From the NCBI RefSeq assembly GCF_009834535.1, contig NC_045696.1, positions 99,636,001 through 99,700,000 on the forward strand: a stretch of 64,000 bases of DNA, read 5' to 3'. The first letter of the stretch is position 1. Every line of letters begins with the position of its first letter. Made by a program: the position numbers and the translations under genes. Source of the DNA: Camelus ferus (lineage: Eukaryota). Shown piece by piece: positions 25,143 through 38,358 of the stretch. Below the pieces are notes generated by a model. The model was not told the origin of the DNA, made no database searches, and saw only the letters and a list, made by a program, of their open reading frames with translations.

Positions 25143-28100
25143 AGAGCGAGATCTCACCAGTGCTTTAAAACAAAAAAAAGAATGATGTAGATATAAAATG
25201 CACTGTTTAATCAAGCTGCCTGGAGAGGGCTGGGTTATCTGTGAGGGACTGTTATCTTCAATAACGCTGCCCTGCTCCACATTCCTCAAACCCTCTGTGT
25301 CTCAGATCCGAGCTGTATCCACCTCCTGAGCAGCTGCGGGAACTTAGGTCCTCGCCAATATGTGGCCTTACCTGGCTGATGCCCACAGGCCACCACAGCT
25401 GGCTGGCCATGCCAACCTGCCCCAGGCAGGAGACTGCGCACACAAAGAGCCTCTCTGCTGCCGAAAGGCTCTTGTGACTACACAGATGCTAATTTCAGCC
25501 AAATTCTGAATGACAAGAGCTCCTCCAGGCCCTGGTGGAGGTGCTTGTCAGGCACCAGATACGGGTATAACAAAGGGAACAGAAAGTACGTGCCAGTAAT
25601 TAACACTATGTCTTGCCCCCTAAGATGCTCCTGGTCCCTTGATATCTTAGTGAACAGATCCACCAACTCTTCTGAGAGGTAATGATGAAGTTAATATAAA
25701 CCCTGAGCTTTATACTTGATTTCTCCTATTAAAAGGGAAGATGGTAAATAAACACAGAAAGTAAGTCGGTGATGCCCAAGAAAAATCTCTGAGAGCTGGT
25801 ATGCTACAGAGGAAAGAGAGTCAGGAACCTGATTTTTTCCTGACTGAAAGGGTTGTTTCTAGCACATCTGCTCACGGTGATGCGTATTACAAATAGCCTA
25901 GAGTAAAAGGAAGTCTGAAGGGGCTTGAACAGACTAAGTAGGAAGATGTTGCAATACTTTATTTCTGTTTTATCCCTGGACTAATACCTTTTACAAAACA
26001 AACCCTGTCCACAGCAGCTCAGGACTAAGTCAGCCTAGCATGGTGTGAAATAGAGCCTCTGAGCTCACCTGCCTGACTAACCATCAAAGATGAGGTGAGC
26101 AGAAAACCAGAGGTGAATCAGGGATTATTCTTACCGCAGTGTAGACACCTGTTTGTCTTTGCAGGGTCCAGGCTACCGTGAGAGAACAACTGGAAACTCA
26201 CGTTATACAAAATGAGTTAAATTATACTTCAGCCACATTTTGCCATTAAAATAATAGGCATACCTAAGGTAAATATCTAGTCTAGGCATGTGGAAAATCC
26301 TGTAATTTATGCTTTTAATCATTCATTTATTCCACAGGTATTTATTGCACACTCTGCTGCTGCATTAGTTGCTGCTGGGTGATATACATGATGATCACTG
26401 TCTTCAGAGAGTTTATAGACTGGATGACCAAGTTGGTTGGATAATGCTTGGGAAAGGTGGGAGGCGATGAGCAGAGGTGTTGGGCTAATAAAACATTAGA
26501 ACTATTGACTGGAGAGAGCAAAGATGGATTTCTTTTTTCAAGGCAAAAAGATGAATCCTTCCAAATTCCTCCACCCACCCACCCATCATCCCCTATATTA
26601 TATTGTTGAAATTTTTAAAGGACTACATGAGATTATAATGGTGATGGAGCGAGCAATCACAGTTCAGTCCCACGAGTGCTGACCCTGGGTGCAATATGAG
26701 CTGGCCCCGAAGAATCAAAATAGCCACCAGAAATCTGATGATTCTATTGTTTCTAAAAGAACATTATATTTTATCTTTATGATTTAATTTGCTTAAGAAA
26801 TTCTGATTTGTGACTTACTGAATGATCTTCATTATTTCTAGGGGAACATGCTATCTCCTGATCCTTGATGGCCAAATATTTTTAATTCATGTACAGAAAC
26901 AATAAAACACGACACGCTTGAACATGAGAATGAAGGTAAAGCATTAAAAGAGAAAACAACTGGTGAAGTGTCAAAACTCCTCCAATGGGAGGCAACCTTT
27001 GGATTAGATGATCTTTATTTTATATAAAAAAGATACCATTTCTTTACTACCTATCAGAAAAATTTATATGTATGTATTTTTTTTTCTTACAGAAAAATCA
27101 CACTAACCTTTTTTTAAAAACTATTTCTGTCAGTGGGAAAATCTCCTTAGTGAAAACAAAAATACTCTTTCCTGTGAACGCCAGCCTTGTTCCGACGGCT
27201 ACTGGAGTCTGAGTATTTGAATTCAAACAGTAGAATTGTAGGGTCTGAGAGTTTCAGGGGAAAGAGGCCCAAGTTTGGGTGTACTTGTGCTCAGCAGGAC
27301 TGCTGCTTCACAGCAGATGCCCCAGAGGGACAAGGAACAGATGGAGCTGTGGCGAGGAGCCGGCCTCTGCTCTGGGATGCCGTTCCACTGGCTGGGGCTC
27401 AGCGCTGGTGAATCTGGGAGCCGCACAGCATTATGGCTGGTGCAGTGGTTCAGTTGTTATTAGCGAGTATCATTGTGCCCTGATTGCAAGCGCTCAAGTG
27501 TTCAGAGGGGAATCAGGGAACCAAATGGAGGAAAACAATACACACGAGCCTAATATCTTTAAGTGGGTAAATTATTTTTTTCCTTGAGAAAGCAGAAAAT
27601 GTTACTGGCTAAGTCTGCCAAGACATTTTATCATAGAGGTAAATAAAGAAACAAAAGATTGTTCCAGTACTTTTGTGTGCAATTAAAACACATCATTCAG
27701 TACCCTGAATGAGTCTAAGAGCACTAACATAAATTTATGGATGGAACATAAAAGGTACAATTTGGCTTGATTTTTATCTTTATGAAAAATACGTTGTAAC
27801 TAGAGATTTCTCTTTGTGCAGTAATATTTTATATACTGCTTCTATACTATATCAGTATTAGAGTAAACATTTTAAAAAATGTTCTTAGAGTAGAAATCTT
27901 CCATCTTTTCCCTCTTACAACTCATTTTACTGGACTATTTCGCCATTGAGACTAAATTTTGTTAGAGTTTCATTTAATCTAAGTGATAAAAATGGCTGTT
28001 GATTTATCAAATTAGATTAGGGAGAAAAAAGGGGAGTCTGTGAAATAAGGGGTTGTTAGAAACAGCAGAACTGAGCAGGCTGGACAGTGCTGACTCAGTC

Positions 28101-28404
28101 TCCCTGACTGTCTCCTCTGGCTCAAGGGGATGCTTTTGCCTAGGGTGTCTAGAAGAGTCCAACCTATTTTCACCTCTGGGTTAATTCAGGACAAGCTGAA
28201 GGAGAACTTGCCCCACAACTGTGCCTTCACCCAGCTATTCCTCTGGTAAGATGGCAGGAGGCAATAAGTGAAGTCACTTCCCTGATGTCACAAAGGAGTA
28301 GGTAGGTGTGATTGCCAAAATAATTTCCTATGGATCCTGCCCTCAACCCTCCCACAAATGACAAATAGATGGATAGAAGGAAATACGTCGTATCTCTAAA
28401 GGGA

Positions 28405-28630
28405 GGTGGCCTGATGGAGTAGAATAACCGGAGGATTTGTTGTCAGAACACTTGTGCAAGCAATGCCATTTACCAGCTGTGAAGAGCAAGGCATTTAACC
28501 CTCCCGAATGTCATGATCCAAATATCTGAAACAATGCCTCTACCCCCTATTTTAAGTGATTTGACAGTGATTGAACGGAAAATGGTTTCACAAGCATATT
28601 TTCAACCCCAAAGCATTAAATTTGCTATTA
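28405..28630 (+). mobile_element. MIR SINE, degenerate
   Basis: 'tgccatttaccagctgtgaagagcaaggcatttaaccctc...tatctgaaac'. Confidence 0.55.
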
Positions 28631-28652
28631 GCATTTCCTTGTACACAGTAGG

Positions 28653-28686
<34 letters not shown>
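28653..28686. repeat. (CT)n(AT)n microsatellite
   Basis: Directly visible. Confidence 0.9.
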
Positions 28687-28688
<2 letters not shown>

Positions 28689-28769
28689 TGAATAAAGGAG
28701 TCAGTGCACCATGAAAGCCCTTATAGCTCAGGCAAGATGAGATGGATCCAAAAAAATACTACTGCAATT

Positions 28770-29966
28770 TTATAGTTTTATAGTATATGGTCTTACATTT
28801 CAGTCTATAATCCATTTTAAGTTTATTGTTGTATATGGTGTTAGAGAATGTTCTAATTTCATTCCTTTGCATGTAGCTGTCCAGTTTTCCCAGCACCACT
28901 TACTAAAGAGATTGTCTTTTCTCCACTGTATATTCTTGCCTCCTTTGTCATAGATTAACTGACTGTAAGTGTCTGGGTTGATTTCTGGCTCTCTATCCTG
29001 CCCCATTGACCTGTATGTCTGTTTCTGTGCCAGCAGCATACTGTTTTGATTACAGGAGCTCTGTGGTATTGTCTGAAGTCAGGGAGTGTGATACCTTTCT
29101 CAAGACTGCTTTGGCTATTTGGAGTCTTTTGTGTTTCCATACAAATTTTAAAAACAATTTGTTCTAGTTTTGTGAAAAATCTAGTTTTGGCATTTTGATG
29201 GGGATTGTATTGAATCTGTAGGTTGCCGTGGGTTATGCCCTTTCTTTCTTTCTTTCTTTCTTTATTTATTTATTTATTTATTTATTTAGGATCTGTCTCC
29301 TAAAGTAAGAAAAATAAAAGGGAAAATAAACAAATGGGACCAAATTAAAAGCTCTTGCACAGCAAAAGAAACCATCAACAAAATGAAAAGACAACCTACT
29401 AAATGGGAGAAAATATTTGCAAATGATATGACCGATAATGGATTAATATCCAACATATATAAACAGCTCATATAACTCAACATCAAAAAAAATAAATGAC
29501 CTGATTTTAAATATGGGTGGAAGAACTGAATAGACATCTTTCCAAAGAGGAAATGCAGACGGCCAACAGGCACATGAAAGACGCTCAACATTGCTAATCA
29601 TCAGGGAAATGCAAATCAAAACCACAATGAGATTTTGCCTCATACCTGTTAGAATGGCTATCCTCAAAAAGAACACAAATAACAAATGTTGGTGAGGATG
29701 TGGAGAAAGGGAACCCTTGTACATTGTTGGTAGGAATGTAAATTGGTGCAGCCACTGTGGAAAAGATTATGGAGGTTTCTCAAAAGAACTAAAAATAAAA
29801 CTACCATATGACCCAGCAATTCCACTCCTGGGTATATATTTGAGAAAAACAAAACACTAATTAAAAAAGATACATGCACCCCAGTGTTCATAATAGCATT
29901 ATTTACAATTGCTAAGATACAGATCAACCTAAGTGTCCATCAACAGATGAATGACAGATAAGATGT
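28770..29966 (+). mobile_element. L1 ORF2 3' region with inverted 5' part (antisense 28770-29235, sense 29289-29966)
   Basis: Minus-strand ORFs encode ORF2 ([46 protein letters not shown]). The sense part continues the downstream ORF2 sequence. A (TTTC)n(TTTA)n tract lies at the junction and (TG)n at the 3' break. Confidence 0.9.
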
Positions 29967-30779
29967 GATGTGTGTGTGTGTGTGTGCGTCTGTGTGTCTA
30001 TGTTTGTTCAATATGATTTTAGAGTGATGGCTTTTACCAAATTGAATAAATATTATTTGATTATGACAAATAATATAATGAATCCAACTACAAAATAAGA
30101 AAACTGATTGAATCACTGTATAACACGAGTTAAATCATAATGAAATAATTTGAGTTTAATTTGAATGCAATAACCCATTACATCTTCACATTTTTTTCTT
30201 TGTTTTTAATATAGTAAGCTAATTACCTTTTCAAAACCTTCATATAATAACATTTATAAGGGCCAGAAGCGTATTCTGATCTATGAACTCCAAAAACACT
30301 TATGATAGAAATATATATTTAGGATAAATTTAATACACTGTGGATGAGGATTTATTTTAATGTGTTTCACTGTGATGTTAAAGAGTGTAGTGTTTACTCT
30401 TTTTATTTTCAGATTTCCTAGTCACCATTCTTTATTTTAATAATTTTTTTTTTTTATTTTATGTTCTTCCTTTTTTTCTGTTTAATTTTTATTCTCTGGT
30501 GATTTGAAAAGCAAATAGCCTGTTTTAATTCTCCTAGACTTTTCATTTCCTATTTTAAAACACAGATCACTCTCCAATCGTACTTAAGTTACAGTAGTGG
30601 TTGCTTTCTCCTCTTCATAAGACGAGGAAATTTTATTATTTTTCATTGCTGCCTTTCTAACTTTTGAATTTTGATTCTTATCAACCTGTATGTTGATCCA
30701 GATTATTTTTTTCAACTGATAACTTTTGCCCAGAACTAATTTACCTTTATCTTAAAGTTGTATTAGAATTCCCATTATA

Positions 30780-31040
30780 GAAATTTGGGACTAACAGATA
30801 CACACTGCTACATAGAAAATAGATAAACAACAAGGACCTACTGTATAGCACAGGGAACTATACTCAATTTCTTTTAATAAACTGTGATAAAAAAGAATCT
30901 GAAAAAATATGTATATATACATATATAAATACATATATACATATATAATATACATATATATAACTGAATTGCTTTGCTGTACTCCTGAAACTAACATTGT
31001 AAATCAACTACACGTCAATAAAAAATAAAATTAAAAAAAG
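30780..31040 (+). mobile_element. Short L1 3' end (artiodactyl-type tail)
   Basis: 'aaatagataaacaacaaggacctactgtatagcacagggaacta...cctgaaactaacattgtaaatcaactacacgtcaataaaaa'. Imperfect TSD agaattcccattata (30765-30779) / agaagtcccatcata (31039-31053). Confidence 0.88.
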
Positions 31041-31759
31041 AAGTCCCATCATAAACCTGAACTTCTTTAGTCTTTTGACTTTTCTAACAAACAAAACATA
31101 AAGATGGTAACAGATCATGCATAAATAGACTAGCAAGTATTTTCTATTTTTTCATGGTACTCCTTGGTGAAAATATTGACCACTTATTTCAAATCATTTG
31201 TCTTTGTCTTTATTATGCTTTTCATTATCTTGTTCCAGATTTGATGAAACCATTGGTACTGTTCATAGAGGTCTTTGGGATTTATTTGTGGAACTTTTTA
31301 GTAAAACACACAGAAAAGACACCAAAGGGAGTAAATAACCTTTGACAGTTCTGCTCTCAGCAAAAATTTAAATCACAGACTACCTTTTTTCAAGGATATA
31401 CTTTTTATCACAGAAAAGATCAATTTCAGGAAAGTTGGTCAGGCAATTTTTGTCCTAAACAACTCCAGTAATTAAAATAAATCAAAATCTGTAGATGGAG
31501 TATGATCACCCTGTCAATCAACAAGGCTGACTAAAATAAAATATGAACTTGAGGCCATTTGGTGCAGTTTTGGTTCCATGAACCCTGGTCATGTCACTAA
31601 TGTTGCCATAATACTTCCTGAGTTGAACACAGATTTACATTATACCAATCTCACTTAAGAAAAGATCAATCACATTCTTTTTAGCTTTTCCCCCCAACTT
31701 TAATAAGGTCCTTCTTCTTACTGACCAATACAGTACTGCCCTGACAGCCCCAAACACCT

Positions 31760-32230
31760 GAGGATTCTTGTTATATTTATTTCAGAGAATGTATTTTCCT
31801 CTACAAGAATAATTTTTAACACTTGACTTTTATTTTGGAATTATATTTGCTTTGGGATTATATCTTTTGTAGTCCAATCTTCCTAGTCTTTATTTTGGTT
31901 TATCTCTGGTTCAATTGCAATGTGCTTTCCATTAACTTTTTTTCATTGAGTATCATAGTGACATACTTTCTGAGCTCCTATATATGTAAAGGTTGTCTTT
32001 CAATTGATTTCTCATGTGACTGAAAACTTAGATGTACTGAATTTGGGGGCATGCCATTTTCTTCACCAAGAGTTGTGTAGACATTGCTAAATCTTCTAGA
32101 GTTCTGGTTATAGAGTAAACATTTGAGGCAGATTTGATCTGTGATTCCTATTAAGGTAAATTTTTATTTCATTCGGGTGCCTATAGGACATTTTTCCCAA
32201 TACATTAAGTTCAAAAACTTAACCAAGGTA
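31760..32230 (-). mobile_element. Very old L1M/HAL1-like fragment (related pieces probably at ~30330-30760 and ~32870-33060)
   Basis: T-rich antisense tract 'tgtagacattgctaaatcttctagagttctggttatagagtaaacatttgaggcagatttgat' resembles degenerate ORF1-region sequence. Confidence 0.45.
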
Positions 32231-32279
32231 AACCCAACTTTTCTCTAGCATTGGAAAAAGTTAGGTTAACTCAAGATCA

Positions 32280-32472
32280 TTGTGTGCTGTGCTGTTTATT
32301 TACGTCATTAATCTAGCACACTGAAATATAACCGCTCACTTACCGGTCTCCCTGCCTCACTAGGCTTTATCTCCTTAGCCACACTGACAGCGTCATTTTT
32401 GTGCTGTATCTATGCTGCATGGTACTTGGTATGATATAGCTCTCCATAAATATTTGTTGAGGGCATGAGTGA
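32280..32472 (+). mobile_element. L2 3' end
   Basis: 'gtctccctgcctcactaggct...atggtacttggtatgatatagctctccataaatatttgttga'. Confidence 0.6.
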
Positions 32473-32585
32473 GCAAGCCCATGAAATCCTCCTTCAAACT
32501 CCAGAAGAAAAAAAAAATTCCTTTAAATGACATTCAGTTAAATGATAGACATAAGTAGGAGTATTATGAGTTTACATAATTTTTT

Positions 32586-32781
32586 GATAAACAAGTTCCT
32601 ACTATATAACACAGGGAACTACACTTATTATGTTGTAATAACCTATAATGAAAAAGAATATTTAAAAAAAGAATATAAAAGTTATATATATATGTGTGTA
32701 TATATACATATGTATAAAAAACTGAATCACCTTGCTATACACCAGAAACTAACACTGTAAGTCAAACATCAATAAAAAAAA
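32586..32781 (+). mobile_element. Short L1 3' end (artiodactyl-type tail)
   Basis: 'gataaacaagttcctactatataacacagggaact...gaatcaccttgctatacaccagaaactaacactgtaagtc...aataaaaaaa'. Same family as 30780-31040. Confidence 0.85.
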
Positions 32782-35691
32782 CTACATTTTTTAACTTTGA
32801 GAACAACTAAAATACTGTGACAAATATTAAAATCTTGTTCCAAATAATCCATTGAATATCAACTGTTATAACTGAATTCCATTTGCCATATCTTTGTGGC
32901 ATCTATTGACTCTTTCATAGCTGTTTATTTCATCATGTGGTGGGTGATTTTTGATGGTATGATTATCTCCAGTGGGCATTGTTTTTCCAAGGAGTACTCA
33001 TTTTTTCAGATGTAAGCATACCCATAATTTTTGAGTTTACCTCTGAGAGGAGTAAAATTTACTTTCAAAACATTGGGAATAAAAATTCTAATCTCCTAGC
33101 TGTATGTGGGTATGCTTGTGTTCCAATTTCTCCTGGGTCACTCTTTCCCCCTAGACCTATGGGCAGTTGAACAGTTCCATACCACATTCCAGGGGAATAA
33201 GCAGAGTATGCCTCATGGTCTTGCATTTATATGGAAGCTGCATGCCTTTCAAGACATGAGGGGCTTCTTCTTGCAAAGTTACTTGGGTAACAAAACCCAT
33301 GAACTAATCCCATAAATTTTAAATTTATGTTAGAAAACCTTAGACCCACCCTGACTTCAACCCTGCATTGACTTTGTGCTCTTGATTGAGTAACAGCATG
33401 TGGCAACATTCTTTCTTTTTTTTTTTTTTGAGCTCAATTGTATACTATTTAATAGCTTTCATTTATGCAACATTTTTATATATTTTGAGTAAAAGTTCAC
33501 AATTCCATATTGACTCAATAAGTACTCATCTTTGTACTTGGAAGTACCTTCTCAAGTCTATGGGCCATGCTTGCTCCTCTGGTCTGCTGAACTAATTATT
33601 TAATAAGTGAATAAAGCAATTGTCAATGTCCTAAGTCCTGATGACATTGGAAGGGTGGGGAATAAGCACCAAAATGGCCTCTCTTACATGGTCAGGGAAA
33701 AAATAATGGGAAGGAATTATGAAAAGTACAAGAGTATAAAAAAGCAGACAACAGAGCACCAAGGAGTAACTTCTGTGATCTGCAAAATTTGCCTGAGACC
33801 TGACTTCTATAGGGAAGTAAAACCAAAGTCACCATGATGATCCTTGGAGCCTCATTTTGCTATGTTGAAACTTTACTGATTTTGTTATATTAAATTTCTG
33901 TAACTCTTCATGAAATACACACTATAAAAATTCTGCCAGAAATGAAGGAAAATGTCTTTGAAAATAAATAGTGAAAAATGCCACTGAATGCAAATTTCTG
34001 GTAGCAAATTCCCTCCATGACACCCCCGGCTTGACAAATTTGGATTGTAGCGCAGATGTATAATTTTTTTGGCCATAATGCCAGTTTTCTCCCAAACAGA
34101 AACTATGTGTTTACCGCTTTCCAGATGTACAACTCCCTCTGGTTAATTCTTACAAAAATGGCTTTCATTGTTCAAAAAAAAAAACAAAAAACAAAAAACA
34201 AAAACCCAATTTGAGCAAGTTTCTTTGTGTCTTTATTGTTTCATTTGATAAAAGGCAGTTTATCTACCCAGCACATACATTGCCTTCTCAGAGTACCCTG
34301 TGGCAGCCTAGCATTTTTTTCCCTTTTTTTTAATCTGCATTTGCTAAATTTAGTATGAATGGTAGGATAATCCTTGCTAGGAAAGTGGATTATAAAGATA
34401 AAAGAAAGAAGCATTAAGTTCTTTCCCCAACCAATTCCAAATGTGCCTTTATGCCTATAATATCCCATAAACACCAGGGCAATGGCGCCAGCTGCTCTTG
34501 CCTCTCGGAGGGCATGATATTTCCTCTCATTCTGGCACCAGCCACCACCCCAAAGGAAAGAAACTCTCACAAGCCAGAAGTAGACAGGCGGTGCTTTCGC
34601 CAGAGCTACAGCTGAACACTAGGACCTGATAGCTCTCTGCTGACAGTGAATTCCTATAAAACTAAAAAAGTAAAATATAAAAAGACACTACATCTAGACA
34701 TAAAAACAGGCTTTTGGATATTTTTTCCATTACATTCTTCTGACATCCACGACTCTTGCCAACCATGCATTAAATGAGAGTGAGGCGAAGAAAAAAAGAG
34801 ATTTAACCCCCCCGAATGGACTGATTAATAGACGGTTTACTCACTTTCATGAGCGTGGCCCTTTTCATGTTATTGAATTTTTGTACAGCTAAAAACAATG
34901 TACTGGCTTATGTCAGAGCCAGAAACATCATTCAATGACCATAAAATACGAGGTGCACATCCTGCTTTATTTAGTGGTTTTGTTTCACTCTAGCAAATGG
35001 TGAGATTGGACATTTTCTTAATCTTAAAACACACACGAAGCAAAGACACTCCCAAGAAAGACTGAGAAGTACTGTCCTGAGCATTATTATCCCAACACTC
35101 TTAAACACTGGCCACAAATTACTATGTTACTGTCGGATACTGACAAAACAAACAAACAAACACAGGAGAACATCATCCCAAGCTCAATGAGCTACTGGGT
35201 GATGGCAGCCCAAAGGGGTGTCCATGCATAACAGCAATACTTTATCCTTTCACACATATTCCATTCAAATCTTTGCTAAATTCCCACCACACCGCCCGCC
35301 TTGTTCTGTGCTAGAAAGACTGAGCGTGACTATGTGCCTAAAAAGGGTAGAAAACTCTCAAACATTGAATCCTCATCCAATACAACTGACCTACCGATCT
35401 CTTTTTTTTTTTTTGTCACCTATTGCCTCTCTAAAGCAGACCGAAGAAACTACAGAAAAAAATTTTCAGAAGAAAAACTTAAATTCAAATCTTAGCCCTG
35501 ACATTTATGAGATTTGATGCTTATCATTTAATTTCTTTAGACATTTGTTTCTTCATGACAATACCCCCTGTCATTTCTTCCTCAACGTTTTCTGTCACAG
35601 TAGGGTGAGATTAAAGTATGTGAAAACTTTTTGGAGATTGTTTTACAGAAGTGAGATTTCCCTACTTTTGGAAGGTTTATATTTGGCCTAT

Positions 35692-35850
35692 ACAGTTGAC
35701 ATTTAGGATTCCCTATGTGCCAGATGCTATTTTAAGTAATTTGAATATTAAACTCATTTAATCCTCACAACATCCATGAAGTAGAGATGATTATATCCCC
35801 ATCCGACAGATCAATAAACTGAGACAATGAGAGACTAAGTAACTCATCCA
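35692..35850 (-). mobile_element. MIR SINE
   Basis: 'ctatgtgccagatgct...ctcatttaatcctcacaacatccatgaagtagag...cagatcaataaactgagac'. Confidence 0.8.
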
Positions 35851-36664
35851 TATTGTTAATCCTTACACTAATCCAAAATTTTATGCCACCGATTGAATTG
35901 GTACCATACTTAAACTATGGGAACAGTACACTGGTGTCTAAATTGGCTTAGCTATAACATTTTTGAGATATAAGCCCTCAAAACATAGTGCAAGCCCATC
36001 TTAAGATAAATTTAGAACAGAGACATCAAAGTGTCTGCACTGTCCACACGGGAACCATGGAGTCTAACCATGGAGCGACAAAGGTTAATGATAGTGACCT
36101 GCTCCTGAATGGCCCATAACTACTTATGATTGGACCCTTCAGTCATTGTCACTGCTTTAGTATTACTATCATAGTCCTTACATGCAACACGGGGAAGAAA
36201 GGGTGCAAAGAAGAATTTGGGAAAAACCATCCTCAGATAAGATAAAACTGTTACTACAAAAATTGTCTGAGCGGGGGAAGGCTGGAAAGAGGAGGAAATA
36301 AGTGTTATTAAGTTGCTCATATGTGCTGGAAAAAGGGCTTAAAAATGCATTAGAGTCATTCTACTCATTATGTACTATTTGACTAGAATACTGAGTCCTT
36401 AGGAGCCAACCATAAATAGTAATGGCACCAACAGCACTTTTATGGGAAAGGTAGAAATTTGGATGCATTCATGGGGTGTAACCCAGGGTATCTGTTCCTC
36501 CCTTCATCTATTTTCTTTTATTCTGACAATTTTCTTAGAGGCTCTACTGTTGCTTTCCACTTAATAATTACCTTATTAGAAAACACTGGTTTTCAGCATT
36601 TATGTCAATTTCCAATGGAATGAATTTTGGGTTTTTTTTTTTTAATTTTGGGGGGGGCAGAGAT

Positions 36665-36990
36665 ATATTTGTTATCTAGTGCTGAATAACAAGTTGCAAC
36701 AAAGCTTAATGGCTTAAAAAATAACTTTTATTATCTCAGAGTTTCAATGGGTCAGGAATCTAGACACATTCAGCTGGGTACCTGTGGCTCTGGGCTTCTC
36801 ACAAGATGGTAATCAAGGTGTTAGCTAGGGCTTCAGTCATTTCAAGGCTCAGCTGGGGAAATGATTGGCTTCCAAGTTCACTCCCATGGTTGCTGGCATG
36901 ATTTACTTACTTGTGGGCTGTGAGCCTTAGTTTCTCGCTGGCTACCGGCTACAGGCTGCCTTCAGTTTTGTGACACATGACCTCTTCATT
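36665..36990 (-). mobile_element. MaLR LTR fragment, MLT1F/G/H-like
   Basis: 'gcttaatggcttaaaaaataac...tgggtcaggaatctag...cagctggg...aatcaaggtgttagctagggc...cttccaagttcactc'. Confidence 0.75.
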
Positions 36991-37871
36991 TTGCGGCCAA
37001 AGAGGACAACCCATTTTCTGGGAAGCAGCTTGGACATGGGGTCTCCTAGATTTAGGCCTCTACTCATGAGATATAGGGACAATGTAGTTGAAGGTATTGG
37101 TAAAATAAAAGGTTAAGGTTAACGGTTGCAGACAATGGCTGAACTCAAGTGTAAAGAAGGCCTCTGGAAACAAGAAGATCCAAAAACTGAGAGTCCACCT
37201 GTTTGGTAAATCCTTTCAGAGAATGTTGAAGTCATTATAATTGTTGGCAGTGGTTGGAGTGCATAGAAAGATTGTGAGAATCAGAGGAAGGGGTCAGAAA
37301 TTTAAGACATGGTAACTTAATGCTTCAGGGGAAGCAAAGAGACTCTCTGATCTCACTGGGGTCCTACAACATACTAAGTGTGAAAGATTAAGCTGCCTCT
37401 GCTTGGTGGATTGCAAAAGAACTGGTGACCTCTAGGGAGGGCCTGGGTTATTTCAGTCAAGGAGGTGGAAGGCTATATCCATTGACTCTATTTTGGAGGT
37501 AGAGGAGTTTATCATTAAATTATTAACTCCAGAATTTCCCAAATAAAGGTCCAACTTGATTAAAAAAAAGTTATAGCAAAACTCCCTCCTTCCACGCTTT
37601 GCTCCCCCAGTAAATATGTGTGTATATGTCATATGCCCCGGTAAAATCTCCCATATACTCCTTTACTTCAAGCTTTGTTTCCTGGGGAATCCAAGCTACA
37701 ATAAAGGGAAAGGGAAACCTACAACATTTTTATCCAAAAGGCAGATATATGTGTTTATGCACACTCTACCTATTTATACATATGTGTGTGTGTACAATGT
37801 ATCAGTAAATGCTAACAAATTCTTACCAAACTAAACTGAGTTAAGAGATGAATTATCCTGTTTCTAGTAAT

Positions 37872-37895
37872 CACCACCACCACCACCACCACCAC
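37872..37895. repeat. (CAC)8 trinucleotide repeat
   Basis: Directly visible. Confidence 0.9.
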
Positions 37896-38143
37896 CCTCA
37901 TCAGTTACTCCTTCTGAGACTCATGGGAAGTTAACAGGCCATATAGTTTTCTCCTGAGATGCCTGCAGGAGGAGCCAAGGCCAGATTAAAGATGGAAATG
38001 AGAACATTCATCTTCACCCAATTGACATTGATTCATTAAGGTGATGAAATGCTTCTTTCCCTTTAAATTTGCATATTCTGTTCAGAAGTTCCCAAGGTTA
38101 CTAGAAGTCTTTCTCAACATAAATTGGAAACTGATTTTTTTTT

Positions 38144-38272
38144 TGGGGGGGAGGGGAGATAATTAGGTTTATTTATTCTTTTTAGTGGAGGGACCGGGGA
38201 TTGAACCAAGGACCTCATGCATGCTAAGCATGCACTCTACCACTGAGCTATACCCTATCCCCCTCCCCCTGG
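38144..38272 (-). mobile_element. tRNA-derived SINE, camelid Vic-1-like (full form)
   Basis: Reverse complement reads 'ggtatagctcagtggtagagtgcatgcttagcatgcatgaggtccttggttcaatccccggtccctccac...aataaataaacctaattatctcccc'. TSD aactgattttttttt at 38129-38143 and 38273-38287. Confidence 0.9.
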
Positions 38273-38358
38273 AACTGATTTTTTTTTAACAATGAGAAAA
38301 TAAAAATGTTATAACAATAAGTGGATGATTTATAATTAGAGAAAAATATAGTTCAGAG

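Noticed and set aside
26145..26275. Splice-acceptor-like 'tttgtctttgcag' with a downstream 'aaggtaaat' donor-like site
   Set aside because: Such pairs are frequent by chance. There is no recognisable coding frame and no transcript evidence.
28088..28098. TGCTGACTCAG ARE/MARE-like AP-1 site
   Set aside because: An isolated motif of this length is expected by chance and has no supporting cluster.
23711..38272. Two tRNA-like sequences with A and B boxes (23711-23797, 38144-38272)
   Set aside because: They have poly(A) tails, one has a TSD, and neither has a proper acceptor stem. They are SINEs, not tRNA genes.
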